Source: Marinicella sp.
GTDB taxonomy: Bacteria; Pseudomonadota; Gammaproteobacteria; Xanthomonadales; Marinicellaceae
DNA length: 64,000 bases
Direction: 5' to 3'
Assembly: GCA_965230295.1 (NCBI GenBank)
Contig: OZ246001.1
Coordinates: 1,888,001 to 1,952,000 of the forward strand
The translations under genes and the position numbers were made by a program. Position 1 is the first letter of the stretch. Each line of letters begins with the position of its first letter. This document shows positions 1 through 10,062 of the stretch, in pieces. A model generated the notes under the pieces. That model was not told the origin of the DNA. It did no database searches and saw nothing but the letters and a program-made list of their open reading frames with translations.

Positions 1-2
1 TC

Positions 3-836
3 ACACATTTGCAAATTGAAGACCCTTTGTTGGGCTTGGTGGCCTTTCACAGCTTTTTTAATTTGATGGGATTGTTGTTGTTCTTGCCTTTTATTCATGC
101 CTTCAGCCGTGGTTTAGAAAAATTGGTCAAAACCAAAAAACTGGATCACGGGGTGGCATACATCAATGCGGTACCGGCCACAGTGACTGAAGCTGCAATG
201 GAAGCCTTGTCATTAGAAACCAAACGGTTGATTGCTTTGGTCTTGTATTTCAACATGCGACAACTGGCGATTGATCATGAATCCATTACTGCCGCTGATC
301 TGCCAGAAGTGTTCAGCAAGAAAAATGACATGGAATTTTATACCAGCCTCAAAGGCCTTGAAGGAGAAATCATCGCCTATGCCATGTTGGTGCAAAAGCT
401 CAGCCAACCACAGCAAGATAACAGGGATTTCTCACATCAATTGGGCGGCAAAATAGACCACTATATGCAAGCCATAAGAGCGGCCATATATGCGGCCAAA
501 TCAATCAAAGACATCCATGACAACATCCATGATTTCCAATCCACCACTGAACAAAATTCAAGAGGGTATTTCAAAGAAATCATGGCTTTCACAGAAACCC
601 ATTATCAAACTTTGGCGGCCATGATGGCGATGGATTGTGAAATATTGAATGAAGAGTTGAACACATTAAAAGAACAAGCCAACACCAGTCGTCGCGAATT
701 CAGGTCGAAAATCCATCAACACATGAGCAGCCAGGCATTGAATTCAGCTGATTTATCGACCTTATTGAATGTCAACAAAGAGGTATACAATTCCAAAAGT
801 GCTTTGATCAAAGCGCTGAATGAGATCAGTTTATAA
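3..836 (+). CDS. Na/Pi cotransporter family protein, C-terminal part (truncated by the window edge)
   Basis: Frame is open from the window start. Hydrophobic AFHSFFNLMGLLLFLPF segment followed by a helical PhoU-like soluble region, as in NptA/YjbB-type proteins. Confidence 0.7.
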   Translation, partial: THLQIEDPLLGLVAFHSFFNLMGLLLFLPFIHAFSRGLEKLVKTKKLDHGVAYINAVPATVTEAAMEALSLETKRLIALVLYFNMRQLAIDHESITAADLPEVFSKKNDMEFYTSLKGLEGEIIAYAMLVQKLSQPQQDNRDFSHQLGGKIDHYMQAIRAAIYAAKSIKDIHDNIHDFQSTTEQNSRGYFKEIMAFTETHYQTLAAMMAMDCEILNEELNTLKEQANTSRREFRSKIHQHMSSQALNSADLSTLLNVNKEVYNSKSALIKALNEISL

Positions 837-880
837 AGGCGGAAAGAAGGTTCAGCCAACTCAATTGGTATTAACTGGCC

Positions 881-2032
881 CTAATAATTCCCTATCAAAC
901 ACTGAATCAGCACGTCAATGTCTTCTTTTTCTAGGTTGGCATTCAGGGTGATGCGCAATCGGCACTGGTTCTTGGGTACAGTGGGTGGTCTGATGGCGGT
1001 GGTTACGATGCCGCATTCCTTCAAGTAAGCTGATTTTTCCAATGCCGCCGCTTCTGTCTTTAACATGATGGGTTGAATCGGCGATTCTGTGAATTTGGCT
1101 TGATCGGCCAAGTCATATTGTTTACAGCCCTGTTGAAATTGATAGATCAACTCCAGAATTTTCTCGCGCCGCCAGGGTTCTGTGCGGATGATTTCCAAGG
1201 CTTTCAAAGTGGCCGCCACCACCGGCACGGGTAGGGCGGTGTTGTATTTATAGGTGCGGGCTTTTTGAATGATGGTCTCCACCAGTGTATCTGATGCGGC
1301 CACATAAGCACCCGCTGTGCCAAAGGCTTTACCAAAAGTACCTGATAAGATGGGCACTTCGGTTTCACTGAGGATCATGGTGTCTAATACCCCACGGCCC
1401 TGATCTCCCATCACACCCACGCCATGACAATCATCAACCCAAAGCAAAGCGTTGTAAGTGTGGGCACTGAGGGCAGCAGAAAACAAATCATGGCTGTCGC
1501 CATCCATGGAAAACACACCCTCGGTGGCCCACAATTTAAAGCGGTTGACATCTTCGGCCAAAATGGCTTCAGCCTTGGCGTTGTTCAAATGGGGGTAGCG
1601 TTTCAGTTCGGCACCAGACAATTGTGCCGCGTCGATCAAGGAGGCATGGTTCAGGCGGTCCTGAATGAACCAGTCTTTGCGTTTAAGCAGGGCTTGGGCT
1701 ACACCCAAATTGGCCAAATAACCCGCAGAAAATAACACCACACGAGGATACTTGAGGAAATCAGCCATGGCATATTCCAGTTCCTGGTGGATCGAGGTGT
1801 AGCCAGACATCAGGGGTGAACCGGTGGATCCAAAACCAAATTTACTGGCCGCATCCTGGGCCGCCATCAGTACTTCAGGGTGGTTGGCCAGGCCCAGATA
1901 ATCGTTGCTGTTGAAATTCAGCATTTGCCGACCTTCCATGGAGACATAACGCCCCACCATGGAAGTGCGGGTCATGCGTTCACGAAACAACTGTTGTTCT
2001 TTGAGTTTTTCCAGCTGCTGATCAAATTTCAT
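881..2032 (-). CDS. bioF: 8-amino-7-oxononanoate synthase
   Basis: Motifs NFNSNDYLGL, GYLANLG, DRLNHASLID, EGVFSMDGD, GTFGKAFG (PLP Lys) and AIRPPTVP. Lies downstream of bioB. Confidence 0.95.
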   Translation of the reverse strand: MKFDQQLEKLKEQQLFRERMTRTSMVGRYVSMEGRQMLNFNSNDYLGLANHPEVLMAAQDAASKFGFGSTGSPLMSGYTSIHQELEYAMADFLKYPRVVLFSAGYLANLGVAQALLKRKDWFIQDRLNHASLIDAAQLSGAELKRYPHLNNAKAEAILAEDVNRFKLWATEGVFSMDGDSHDLFSAALSAHTYNALLWVDDCHGVGVMGDQGRGVLDTMILSETEVPILSGTFGKAFGTAGAYVAASDTLVETIIQKARTYKYNTALPVPVVAATLKALEIIRTEPWRREKILELIYQFQQGCKQYDLADQAKFTESPIQPIMLKTEAAALEKSAYLKECGIVTTAIRPPTVPKNQCRLRITLNANLEKEDIDVLIQCLIGNY

Positions 2033-2179
2033 ACCAATGGGCCCCGTTCACCATATTGGTGATTCATTATAGCGATTTATTTAAACCAATGTGGGTCAGA
2101 AAATTCTCTCGGGCCATGATAAATCACAATTGTTTCGATTCCGTACGTTTATATCAAGCTTGATTGAACATTCTATACC

Positions 2180-2293
2180 CGTCATTGCGAGGAGCTTTGC
2201 GACACCCAATCGAGTTGAGTGCAGGCTTAAGCAATCTCATGAATTTGAAATTAATTCAGGAGATTGCCACGGCACTTTGTGCCTCGCAATGAC
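2180..2293. repeat. CGTC/GTCAT-type REP-like palindromic element
   Basis: Terminal inverted repeats GTCATTGCGAGG (2181) and CCTCGCAATGAC (to 2293), with internal GCAATCTC/GAGATTGC arms. Confidence 0.85.
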
Positions 2294-2311
2294 AGAATCA
2301 TTTAATCATCA

Positions 2312-2592
2312 CTGCGAAGGAGTTACGGTTTTATGCATAGCAAAAAGAAGAGGCCTCGCAGCAAACCAGACCCATGTTGTCCCTTGGCAAGTACAGCGCG
2401 CCTAACAGGGCAACTCATCAATTTCTGCGGAGAGGTTATGGTTTGCATCGAAGATGCAAGAAGTGGCCTTGCAACAAACCAGACCGATGTTGTTCCTTGG
2501 CGAGCTAGCGAGTCAATTAGGACAACTCATTAAAGTCTGCGCAGAGGTTACGGTTTTTTGCATAGCAAAAAGAAGTGGCCTCGCAGCAAACT
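2312..2592. repeat. About 2.5 tandem copies of a ~112-bp two-hairpin unit
   Basis: Units start at about 2312, 2425 and 2537 (CTGCG..AG.TTAYGGTT..hairpin..AGAAG.GGCCTYGCA.CAAAC). The first two continue with ATGTTGTYCCTTGGC..CAACTCAT. Confidence 0.9.
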
Positions 2593-2594
2593 AA

Positions 2595-3560
2595 TTAATG
2601 ACGATGTGGCATGGGCTCTATACCCAACTTTTTGAACAGGGCCATGTCTTTGTTTTCTTCCGGGTTGGCTGTGGTGAGCAGCTTTTCACCGTAGAATATC
2701 GAATTGGCACCGGCAAAGAAACACATGGCTTGGACCGCTTCAGACATGTCATTGCGACCGGCCGACAAACGCACCATGGATTTGGGCATCATGAGGCGGG
2801 CCACTGCTATGGTGCGGACAAAATCCAATTCATCAATTTTATCGATGCCGTGTAAAGGTGTGCCTTTGACTTGCACCAAAGCATTGATCGGCACACTGCC
2901 CGGGTGTTGTTCCAGATTGGCCAGGGCCATCAGCATGCCGCCACGGTCACGTTGTGATTCACCCATTCCGACAATGCCACCTGAGCACACATTGATGCCT
3001 GAATCCTGAACATTTTTCAGGGTGTCCATGCGCATTTCAAATTTACGTGTGGTGATGATCTTGTCGTAGTATTCTTCAGAGGTGTCGATGTTGTGGTTGT
3101 AATAATCCAAACCGGCATCAGACAACTTCTTAGATTGGTCAGGGGACAACATACCCAAAGTCAGGCAGGTTTCCATGCCCAGGGCTTTGACACCTTTGAC
3201 CATATCAATCACCTGATCTAAATCACGGTCTTTGGGGCTGCGCCAGGCTGCGCCCATACAAAAACGGGTGGCGCCTTGTTCTTTGGCCAAGCCTGCTTGT
3301 TCAACCACAGTATCAACCGCCATCAAAGGTTCAGCTTCGACCTCGGTTTCGTAACGAACTGATTGGGGGCAGTAGTTACAATCTTCTGGACAAGCACCGG
3401 TTTTGATGCTCAGTAAAGTGCTGATTTGTACGTGATTGGGATTGAAATATTCACGGTGCATCCGGTGTGCTTGAAACAACAAATCATTGAAAGGTAAGGC
3501 AAATAATTGTTCGACTTCTTCGATGGTCCAATCGTGGCGAATGTGCTGATTTTCAGGCAT
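2595..3560 (-). CDS. bioB: Biotin synthase
   Basis: Radical SAM motif CPEDCNYC, plus [27 protein letters not shown] and [13 protein letters not shown]. Start placed at the ATG of [11 protein letters not shown]. Confidence 0.97.
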   Translation of the reverse strand: MPENQHIRHDWTIEEVEQLFALPFNDLLFQAHRMHREYFNPNHVQISTLLSIKTGACPEDCNYCPQSVRYETEVEAEPLMAVDTVVEQAGLAKEQGATRFCMGAAWRSPKDRDLDQVIDMVKGVKALGMETCLTLGMLSPDQSKKLSDAGLDYYNHNIDTSEEYYDKIITTRKFEMRMDTLKNVQDSGINVCSGGIVGMGESQRDRGGMLMALANLEQHPGSVPINALVQVKGTPLHGIDKIDELDFVRTIAVARLMMPKSMVRLSAGRNDMSEAVQAMCFFAGANSIFYGEKLLTTANPEENKDMALFKKLGIEPMPHRH

Positions 3561-3589
3561 GTTGATCCAGTGAAATTTCAAAAATATGA

Positions 3590-3618
3590 AGTATGCGATG
3601 TGCAGGCTAAATAGTCAA
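3590..3618 (-). promoter_or_regulatory. Sigma70-type promoter of bioB
   Basis: Minus strand reads TTGACT-17 bp-CATACT, ending about 30 bp upstream of the bioB ATG. Confidence 0.55.
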
Positions 3619-3659
3619 TGTTTGTCGCAGTCAAATTATTTTCCAATGCTCACCAGGCT

Positions 3660-3691
3660 AAAAAAAGCAGCAAGGGTTGACGAATTGCTGC
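3660..3691 (-). terminator. Rho-independent terminator of the sugar dehydrogenase-like gene
   Basis: Minus strand GCAGCAA-loop-TTGCTGC followed by a T run. Confidence 0.65.
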
Positions 3692-3714
3692 CCCAGGTCA
3701 AATCAGGTTTTTAG

Positions 3715-4908
3715 CTATTCAAAATCATCCGCAAAAATCATGTCATCGGCTAAAGTTGGCCCAGTGATTTTCAGCAACCCAGACCAGGCCACTGCATACA
3801 ATTCGCCATCCTCGCTTTCGCCCATGCTGGTGACTGCAAAACCGCCAATCAACACACCCATATCAAAAAATTCCCAGCCATTGGTGGTTTCACGTGCCGC
3901 AAAATACCTGCCATCACACCAATCTGTAAACAAATACCAACCGTACAGTCCTGCATAATCTGAACCGCGGTAGCGATAGCCACCCACGGCGGTACAGAAA
4001 TTGCTACCAGGTTGGTCATGTTGTAGTGCTGCTATGGGTAAATCATTGGGGCCATTGCTGTCACAACCTCCTAGCCCTGAAAAGTCAGCCCCCTCAAAAC
4101 AAGGCCAGCCATAGTTTTGACCACCACTGCCAGCCGGTGTGTGATTGAATTCTTCCCAAGTGTCTTCGCCCACATCGCCAATGAACAGGTCTCCATTGAT
4201 TCGGTCATGGGATATCCGCCAAGGGTTGCGTAAACCACTGACCCACACTTCATCGGCACCTGTTGTATTGGCATATGGGTTGTCAGCTGGAATGGCATAG
4301 TTTCTGTCACCATCACCCGGGAAGTCATCGCCATCCACATCTATGCGCAAAATCTTCCCTAACAGGCTGTCTAAATCTTGTGATGCCATGGGGTCACCAC
4401 TGCCATCTCCAGAACTGATGTATAAAAAACCATCAGTTGGGCCAAAGCTTAAATCGCCGCCGTTATGAGCGCCAAAGGGCTGCACAAAGGTTAACACCAT
4501 TTGAGCGGAAGCGGGGTTGGCCACATTGATGTCACCTGCTGATACACTGTACCGCTCAATCACCGAATCACCGCTTAAGTCGGTGTAATAAACATAGAAA
4601 AAGCCGTTATTGGCGTAATTGGGATGAAAGGCCAGGCCGAGCAATCCACGCTCTCCTCCGGATGTGATGATGGCACTGATGTCTAAAAATGGCGTGGCCA
4701 AATGAATGCCATTCTCAACCACTTTGATTTGTCCACCTTGTTGAGTGACAAACAAGCGATCACTGCCATCACCCGCGTTGGTCACACTGACTGGATTGGT
4801 GAATCCGTTGGCCACATCTTCGGTACCTAAAAAGGCCGGCTGAGCGACGGCAACTCCGGTGAACAACATGGATATTACCCATGCGACAATCATTGATTTA
4901 TTTTTCAT
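3715..4908 (-). CDS. Secreted PQQ-dependent sugar dehydrogenase (GSDH family beta-propeller) with C-terminal DxIFxxxFE tail
   Basis: Signal peptide (AVA-Q). Motifs GERGLLGLAFHP, HNGG, GKILRID, GLRNPWR, DVG and NYGWP. Ends DDMIFADDFE. Confidence 0.85.
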   Translation of the reverse strand: MKNKSMIVAWVISMLFTGVAVAQPAFLGTEDVANGFTNPVSVTNAGDGSDRLFVTQQGGQIKVVENGIHLATPFLDISAIITSGGERGLLGLAFHPNYANNGFFYVYYTDLSGDSVIERYSVSAGDINVANPASAQMVLTFVQPFGAHNGGDLSFGPTDGFLYISSGDGSGDPMASQDLDSLLGKILRIDVDGDDFPGDGDRNYAIPADNPYANTTGADEVWVSGLRNPWRISHDRINGDLFIGDVGEDTWEEFNHTPAGSGGQNYGWPCFEGADFSGLGGCDSNGPNDLPIAALQHDQPGSNFCTAVGGYRYRGSDYAGLYGWYLFTDWCDGRYFAARETTNGWEFFDMGVLIGGFAVTSMGESEDGELYAVAWSGLLKITGPTLADDMIFADDFE

Positions 4909-4937
4909 ACCCCACCTTTTTTAAGGTTAATTATTTA

Positions 4938-5225
4938 GGGATGCCCTTGGGTCTTCATTCATTTTTGTTACCGATAAAAATGAAAGCGACCTCGGCGAGC
5001 ATATCTCTCTACTTCGGACGAGCTACGGTATTCAAGTAAGGCTTCTTGGCTTAACGCCAAACCGCCATACTTTCATTGCCTGCTCTTGCCCCCTCTGACT
5101 GGCCTATATGGATGTAGGTCTGTCGCGCTAGCAGGATGCGGAAGCGACCAGTTTCACTTCACGGCTGATCGGCCATTACGTAATTACTTCTTTGCTCTGC
5201 AAAACCGCAATTACTTCATAGCCTG
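4938..5225. repeat. Mosaic of palindromic modules
   Basis: The 4938-5017 module is shared with 9725-9890. Minus-strand CGGTT..AGAAG hairpins at 5042-5064 and 5187-5207. GGA-loop hairpins CCTATATGGATGTAGG and GCAGGATGC. Confidence 0.75.
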
Positions 5226-5363
5226 CCTAACCGAGTGCGCCGGTCGAACTGATGGCCCGTTCTCCATTGTTATGTACAGCTGAACTGCACTTGTTTTCCA
5301 GGCTGATCAGTCTAATTACAGTGTCATTGGTCGTCTAGGGGTAAAGGTATGAACGGTAAAAAA

Positions 5364-5780
5364 TTAAGGCTTAACGGTATTTGGTTTGGGATTCAATATG
5401 ACGAAAATATAGACGCCAACAAGCACGTCGAATGACACACAAGCCCACGCATACCAAATGGGTACCACCTCTTGAATGGGGCCGTAAAGGTGTAAAAACA
5501 CATCCCAAACAGGGTGTAACAACCAGCCGATTGCCAGCCAGTTGATGTGGTGTTTAAATGACAGCAGGTAGAACAGACCGTACACAACAATTCCACTGAG
5601 TTCAGTCAATAAGTGCTCATGTTGATTTTGTATGAGGGCCATCAATGGATAAATCAAGGCAGCTATGATCAAAGCCCTGCCCAACAGTTTGTGACTGGCT
5701 CGATTGGGTAGTTGTTTGGCATACCACAACAAAAAAATGGCCCCGATCAAACCCAGGAACAGGTACAACAATATCAGCAT
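5364..5780 (-). CDS. Small integral membrane protein (DUF6010-like)
   Basis: 4-5 hydrophobic helices. GWLLHPVWD and PIWYAWACVSFD motifs. Confidence 0.6.
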   Translation of the reverse strand: MLILLYLFLGLIGAIFLLWYAKQLPNRASHKLLGRALIIAALIYPLMALIQNQHEHLLTELSGIVVYGLFYLLSFKHHINWLAIGWLLHPVWDVFLHLYGPIQEVVPIWYAWACVSFDVLVGVYIFVILNPKPNTVKP

Positions 5781-5878
5781 GTGTTTGGATGGAGCTGCAT
5801 GGATTCACTTTAACATAAACGCTTCGCAAGCCAGATGATTCTGTTAAAATCATCAGCTGTTCATACATTTTACCGCTC

Positions 5879-6505
5879 ATGGCAGTTCACGAAATCACCC
5901 ACCCTTTGGTGCAACATAAAATAGGTTTGCTGCGACACAAAGACATTGCAGTCCAGGACTTCCGCACCATCGTTTCTGAAATTGGCGTGTTGTTGACCTA
6001 CGAAGCAACGCGACATTTATCCATTAAAAAACGAACCATTCAGACTTGGGCTGGAGAAACAGAAGTTGAAAAAATAAGCAACAGTCAAATTTCAGTGGTA
6101 CCCATCCTCAGGGCCGGCTTGGGCATGTTGGATGGTGTATTGAAAATGCTACCTGGAGCCGGGGTGTCGGTGGTGGGCTTTGCCCGCAATGAAGAAACTT
6201 TAGAAGCCGAAGCCTATTATGAAAAATTGGTCACAAACATCCAGGATCGTGAAGTGATTGTGGTAGATCCCATGTTAGCCACAGGTGGTACTTTGGATGC
6301 CACATTGGATTTATTAAAACAAGCGGGATGTAAAAAGATCACCGGCATATTCTTGGTGGCTGCACCGGAAGGCTTGGCCCGGATTGAAGACAAGCACCCG
6401 GATGTAGATATCTATGTGGCGGCCATTGATGATCACCTCAATGACCAAGGGTATATCTTACCCGGGCTGGGCGATGCAGGTGATAAGATTTTTGGTACTT
6501 TGTAG
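5879..6505 (+). CDS. upp: Uracil phosphoribosyltransferase
   Basis: Motifs [27 protein letters not shown] and [17 protein letters not shown]. Confidence 0.97.
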   Translation: MAVHEITHPLVQHKIGLLRHKDIAVQDFRTIVSEIGVLLTYEATRHLSIKKRTIQTWAGETEVEKISNSQISVVPILRAGLGMLDGVLKMLPGAGVSVVGFARNEETLEAEAYYEKLVTNIQDREVIVVDPMLATGGTLDATLDLLKQAGCKKITGIFLVAAPEGLARIEDKHPDVDIYVAAIDDHLNDQGYILPGLGDAGDKIFGTL

Positions 6506-6525
6506 CCTATTTAAGCCGACAATTC

Positions 6526-7239
6526 ATGTTGTTCACATCACTCAGGTTTTTACTTTTAAAAATTCTACTTGGGCCGGTTATGCTGATTCAAGGGTGGTGG
6601 GTGCGCAGAAACACACCTGTATTACCTGAACCTGTCATTCACAAAAAAGGTCAGGTTGGTACAGGACCACCATTTAGACTGTTGCTGGTAGGTGACTCTT
6701 CTGCAGCAGGTGTTGGAGCGCCCTGTGCAGAGCAATCTTTGTTGGGTGAGCTGCTGGCGTTGTTGAGAAAAGACCATCAAGTCACTTATCACATGCTGGC
6801 AGAAACAGGCAAAACAACAGCAGAAATATTAATGGATTTGGTGGATGAACCTGCTGAACATCATGATTTGGTTGTCACTGCTTTGGGTGTCAATGATGTG
6901 ACCTCACAAGTCCCACTGAACAAATGGTCAGAACAACAAAAAGCATTGATAAACACCATCAACAGTAAATTTTCACCCAATCAGTTGATCATGTCAGGGC
7001 TGCCACCTGTGCGGGAATTTCCTGCCTTGCCATGGCCATTGAATGCTTATATGGGCGCTTATGCCGATCAATTGAATAAGATGTTGGTACAAATAACAAC
7101 GGCACATGAAGGTGTTGAATTCTTGAGTTTACGTGGTTATCCAGATGAGGCAAAAGCGGCGACAGATGGATTTCATCCCGGGCCAACGGTGTACCGCCTG
7201 TGGGCACAAAACATCGTTGCTGCCATCGATATCAAATAA
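6526..7239 (+). CDS. SGNH/GDSL family hydrolase
   Basis: Catalytic blocks GDSSAAGVG, LGVND and DGFHP. Confidence 0.9.
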   Translation: MLFTSLRFLLLKILLGPVMLIQGWWVRRNTPVLPEPVIHKKGQVGTGPPFRLLLVGDSSAAGVGAPCAEQSLLGELLALLRKDHQVTYHMLAETGKTTAEILMDLVDEPAEHHDLVVTALGVNDVTSQVPLNKWSEQQKALINTINSKFSPNQLIMSGLPPVREFPALPWPLNAYMGAYADQLNKMLVQITTAHEGVEFLSLRGYPDEAKAATDGFHPGPTVYRLWAQNIVAAIDIK

Positions 7240-7261
7240 GCAGAATGTTATAATTTCTATC

Positions 7262-8317
7262 ATGTTGAACCAACTTCTCAGTCAAAAGACCCAACAACGT
7301 CTGGCAGAAATTTCTACAGCTTTTGCCACAGCTGAACCTTTCAAGCATGTGGTAATAGATGATTTTTTCGAGTCTGATTTTTGCCAACAATTGGTTGATC
7401 AGTTTCCTGAATTTAAAGCACGTGATGCGGTGGATGAAAACCAAACTTTGGGTAAAAAGGCAGTGGTACAAACGGTCAGCCAGTTGGGCAGTGCTTACCA
7501 AAAATTGGATCAGCTGGTGCAAAGTGAGGCGTTTTTATCTGCCATTGAGAACATAACGGGCATCCAACACCTGGTATACGATCCACATTATATTGGTGGT
7601 GGGACTCATAACAACATGGATACGCAAGAGCTGGATCCGCATGTAGATTTCACTCACCATCCGATAACCAGTCACCACCGCAGGCTGAACTTGATTGTGT
7701 ATTTAAACCACGAATGGGAAACCGAATGGGGGGGTAACATTGAATTTCACCGCAATCCGAGATTGCCGGTTGCTGAAGACCAGATCACCAGTGTAAGGCC
7801 GTTGTTTAACCGGGCTGTTATTTTCGAAACCCACAACCATTCCTGGCATGGTTTTCCACCCATTAAGTTACCCGCCGACAGAAAGGACATCAGCAGAAAA
7901 TCATTTGCCCTTTATTATTACACCAAGCAAAGAACCAAGGGTATTGAGCCGCATTCGACCATATATGTTGAAAGACACTTGGCAGAAAAATTCAAACCAG
8001 GCCGATCATTGAATGAAGCAGATGTCAGTGAGCTGCAAACTTTATTGAATCGAAGGGATCAACATTTGGAACGACTGTATAAGAACATCACCGCCCAAAC
8101 CAAACAAATCAGCCAGTTACAAGCTGAGGTTTCAACATTGAAATTTTTGGCAGGTGATTCCTCTCAACAAGAACAAGACATCATGCGAAAGATGAAACTG
8201 TTGAGTTTTGATGAAACCCGTTTATTGAACCGGGTCCAGGAATTGGAAAATTCCACTTCCTGGAAGATCACAGCACCGTTGCGCAAAATCAAAAGTTGGA
8301 TCAGCCGGAACCGGTGA
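7262..8317 (+). CDS. 2OG-Fe(II) oxygenase with C-terminal coiled coil and SWKITAPLR motif
   Basis: PFKHVVIDDF, HxD (PHVDF), RRLNLIVYLN, SWHG and RKS. Heptad-rich tail ends STSWKITAPLRKI. Start placed at ATG 7262. Confidence 0.85.
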   Translation: MLNQLLSQKTQQRLAEISTAFATAEPFKHVVIDDFFESDFCQQLVDQFPEFKARDAVDENQTLGKKAVVQTVSQLGSAYQKLDQLVQSEAFLSAIENITGIQHLVYDPHYIGGGTHNNMDTQELDPHVDFTHHPITSHHRRLNLIVYLNHEWETEWGGNIEFHRNPRLPVAEDQITSVRPLFNRAVIFETHNHSWHGFPPIKLPADRKDISRKSFALYYYTKQRTKGIEPHSTIYVERHLAEKFKPGRSLNEADVSELQTLLNRRDQHLERLYKNITAQTKQISQLQAEVSTLKFLAGDSSQQEQDIMRKMKLLSFDETRLLNRVQELENSTSWKITAPLRKIKSWISRNR

Positions 8318-8318
8318 A

Positions 8319-9647
8319 TCAATCCTCAATTGTTTTTTCATAGACTTGTGGTTGGCCCCAGCCCCTTAATTCCAGACTTTCAATGTGGCTTTGTTCATTG
8401 AGTTTGAACTGTATTTTGACTTTGGCCAGGTTCAGTTTGAAAGTGTCATCGCCGATGTAGGTCATGGCATATTTGGGTTGTTTGGGTGCAATGAAAAACA
8501 GGCGATCGTTGCGTCGTTCGATGGCTATGGTTTTGTCAGTTTCAGACTGTTTAAAACGTCCTGTGTACAAAGTCAGTTGATCCACATCGATTGAGACGGG
8601 AAAGTCGTGTTGTTTCATGGCTTGGTTGGGGTCCATCATGTGAATGACAATGTCATCAACGTTGGTGTTGTGGTTGGTCATGGCGGCCACCACTTTCTGT
8701 TGTTTTGGATCAATCATCAACATGGATCGGAATCCGCCCGTACCACCATTGTGCCAAAGGACACCATTGGGATTGAAGTGCCAACCTAATCCCACGCGCA
8801 AACGACCCTGTTCATAGTGTGAGCTGGTGGCTAGGTCCATGGCCTCACGCATGGCACCAGCAGGTTGGTTCAAATGAGCCACCCCATATTTGACTAAATC
8901 GTGAATTGAACTGCGGATGGAGCCTGCACCAGCCAAAGCTTTGAATTGCCAAGCATTGCTGGGCTTGTTACCCATATACCCTTGGGCCAAAATTGCTTCA
9001 GGCACTTCTTCCAGCAACATGTAAGTTTGCTTTAAATCCAACGGCTCAAGGATGTTGGTTTTGACCAATTCATTGAACGGTCTTTGGTCAATGACTGCCA
9101 TGGTTTCCCCCAATAAACCGGTCGCAAAATTGGAATAGGCATAGGTTTCTCCTGCATTGACCGGTTTGGCTTTGTTGATGCCTTCCAGCAAAGTTTCTCG
9201 ATCGTAGTCGGCATAGGGGTCGTTTGAAAAAGACGACAAGTTACTCGGTATTCTGGGCAGACCAGAGGTGTGGGTGGATAATTGTTTGAAGGTGATGGCT
9301 TGATGGTTGTTGTCTTCCAGCTTGAAAGGTTGGGGCCAGAAGTCCTGAACAGCATCATCTAAAGTCAACGCCTTGGCTTGGACTTTCTGTGCCAGTAACA
9401 GCGCAGTAAAAGTTTTACTGATGGAGCCAATTTCATAAACTGAGTTTTCGCTGGCGTGTAGATTCAACGCTTTGTTCTGCAACCCTTTTGTATAGAAATG
9501 CATGACTCCTTGGTCATAGACACCGACCACAATGGAAGGGTTTATTCCGTGTTCGATCCGTTGATCAATTTCTTTGATGACATCAGCAGGAATTTGAGCT
9601 GAGGCCATGCCACAGGTGAACAACATCAGTAAGATAATTTTCTGCAT
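8319..9647 (-). CDS. Secreted serine hydrolase (beta-lactamase class C/peptidase S12 family) with C-terminal DUF3471-like domain
   Basis: Signal peptide. SxxK (GSISK), YxN (YSN) and HNGGTGGF. Confidence 0.9.
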   Translation of the reverse strand: MQKIILLMLFTCGMASAQIPADVIKEIDQRIEHGINPSIVVGVYDQGVMHFYTKGLQNKALNLHASENSVYEIGSISKTFTALLLAQKVQAKALTLDDAVQDFWPQPFKLEDNNHQAITFKQLSTHTSGLPRIPSNLSSFSNDPYADYDRETLLEGINKAKPVNAGETYAYSNFATGLLGETMAVIDQRPFNELVKTNILEPLDLKQTYMLLEEVPEAILAQGYMGNKPSNAWQFKALAGAGSIRSSIHDLVKYGVAHLNQPAGAMREAMDLATSSHYEQGRLRVGLGWHFNPNGVLWHNGGTGGFRSMLMIDPKQQKVVAAMTNHNTNVDDIVIHMMDPNQAMKQHDFPVSIDVDQLTLYTGRFKQSETDKTIAIERRNDRLFFIAPKQPKYAMTYIGDDTFKLNLAKVKIQFKLNEQSHIESLELRGWGQPQVYEKTIED

Positions 9648-9724
9648 GTCTGTCAGGTTTGAGTGAATGAGTCAGTAATTTTAAACCAACATCGACCAGA
9701 AGGCATGGTGCTGAAGTCATATAT

Positions 9725-9940
9725 GGAATGTTCTTGGGGCTTCATTCTGGTTTATGGTCTGACAGGTCTTCATATTTGCTGCGCAAATAAACCGACCTTT
9801 ACAGGCTATTGTCTGAGCAGTTGCTTCGCACTGCATGTCTGTTCAAGACAAAAGTGAAAGCGACCTCATCAAACATATCTTGCTACCTCGTGCGCTTCGC
9901 CTCTGATTCGCTTCGCTCACCAACCGGCTCGGCGGGTCAA
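9725..9940. repeat. Palindromic repeat mosaic related to 4938-5017
   Basis: GGAATGTTCTTGGGGCTTCATTC ... TGAAAGCGACCTC..CATATCT matches the 4938 module. Contains a nested minus-strand CGGTT..TGAAG hairpin (9768-9794) and several GCTTCGC (GCGAAGC on the minus strand) mini-hairpins. Confidence 0.75.
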
Positions 9941-10062
9941 GCAGTTAAACAGCTCTCCTTTGGTAGGCCCAGCAAATAACAAACGTGACCAACAGCACTA
10001 TATTTTCACTCCCCAGTGTTTAAAATGTTTGTTTTTTTAGATTTGAAATCGGAGCGTAAATT

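Noticed and set aside
2091-2533. ORFs 2091..2405 and 2333..2533
   Set aside because: They are translations of palindromic repeats, with no RBS or recognisable domain.
2312-2592. CRISPR array
   Set aside because: The period is ~112 bp, the whole unit is homologous with no unique spacers, and there are no cas genes.
3561-3714. BirA operator upstream of bioB
   Set aside because: No convincing TGTAAAC-N14-16-GTTTACA-type palindrome.
5086-5283. 65-aa ORF (and the similar 9663..9857 ORF)
   Set aside because: Both lie largely within repeat mosaics and are most likely spurious.
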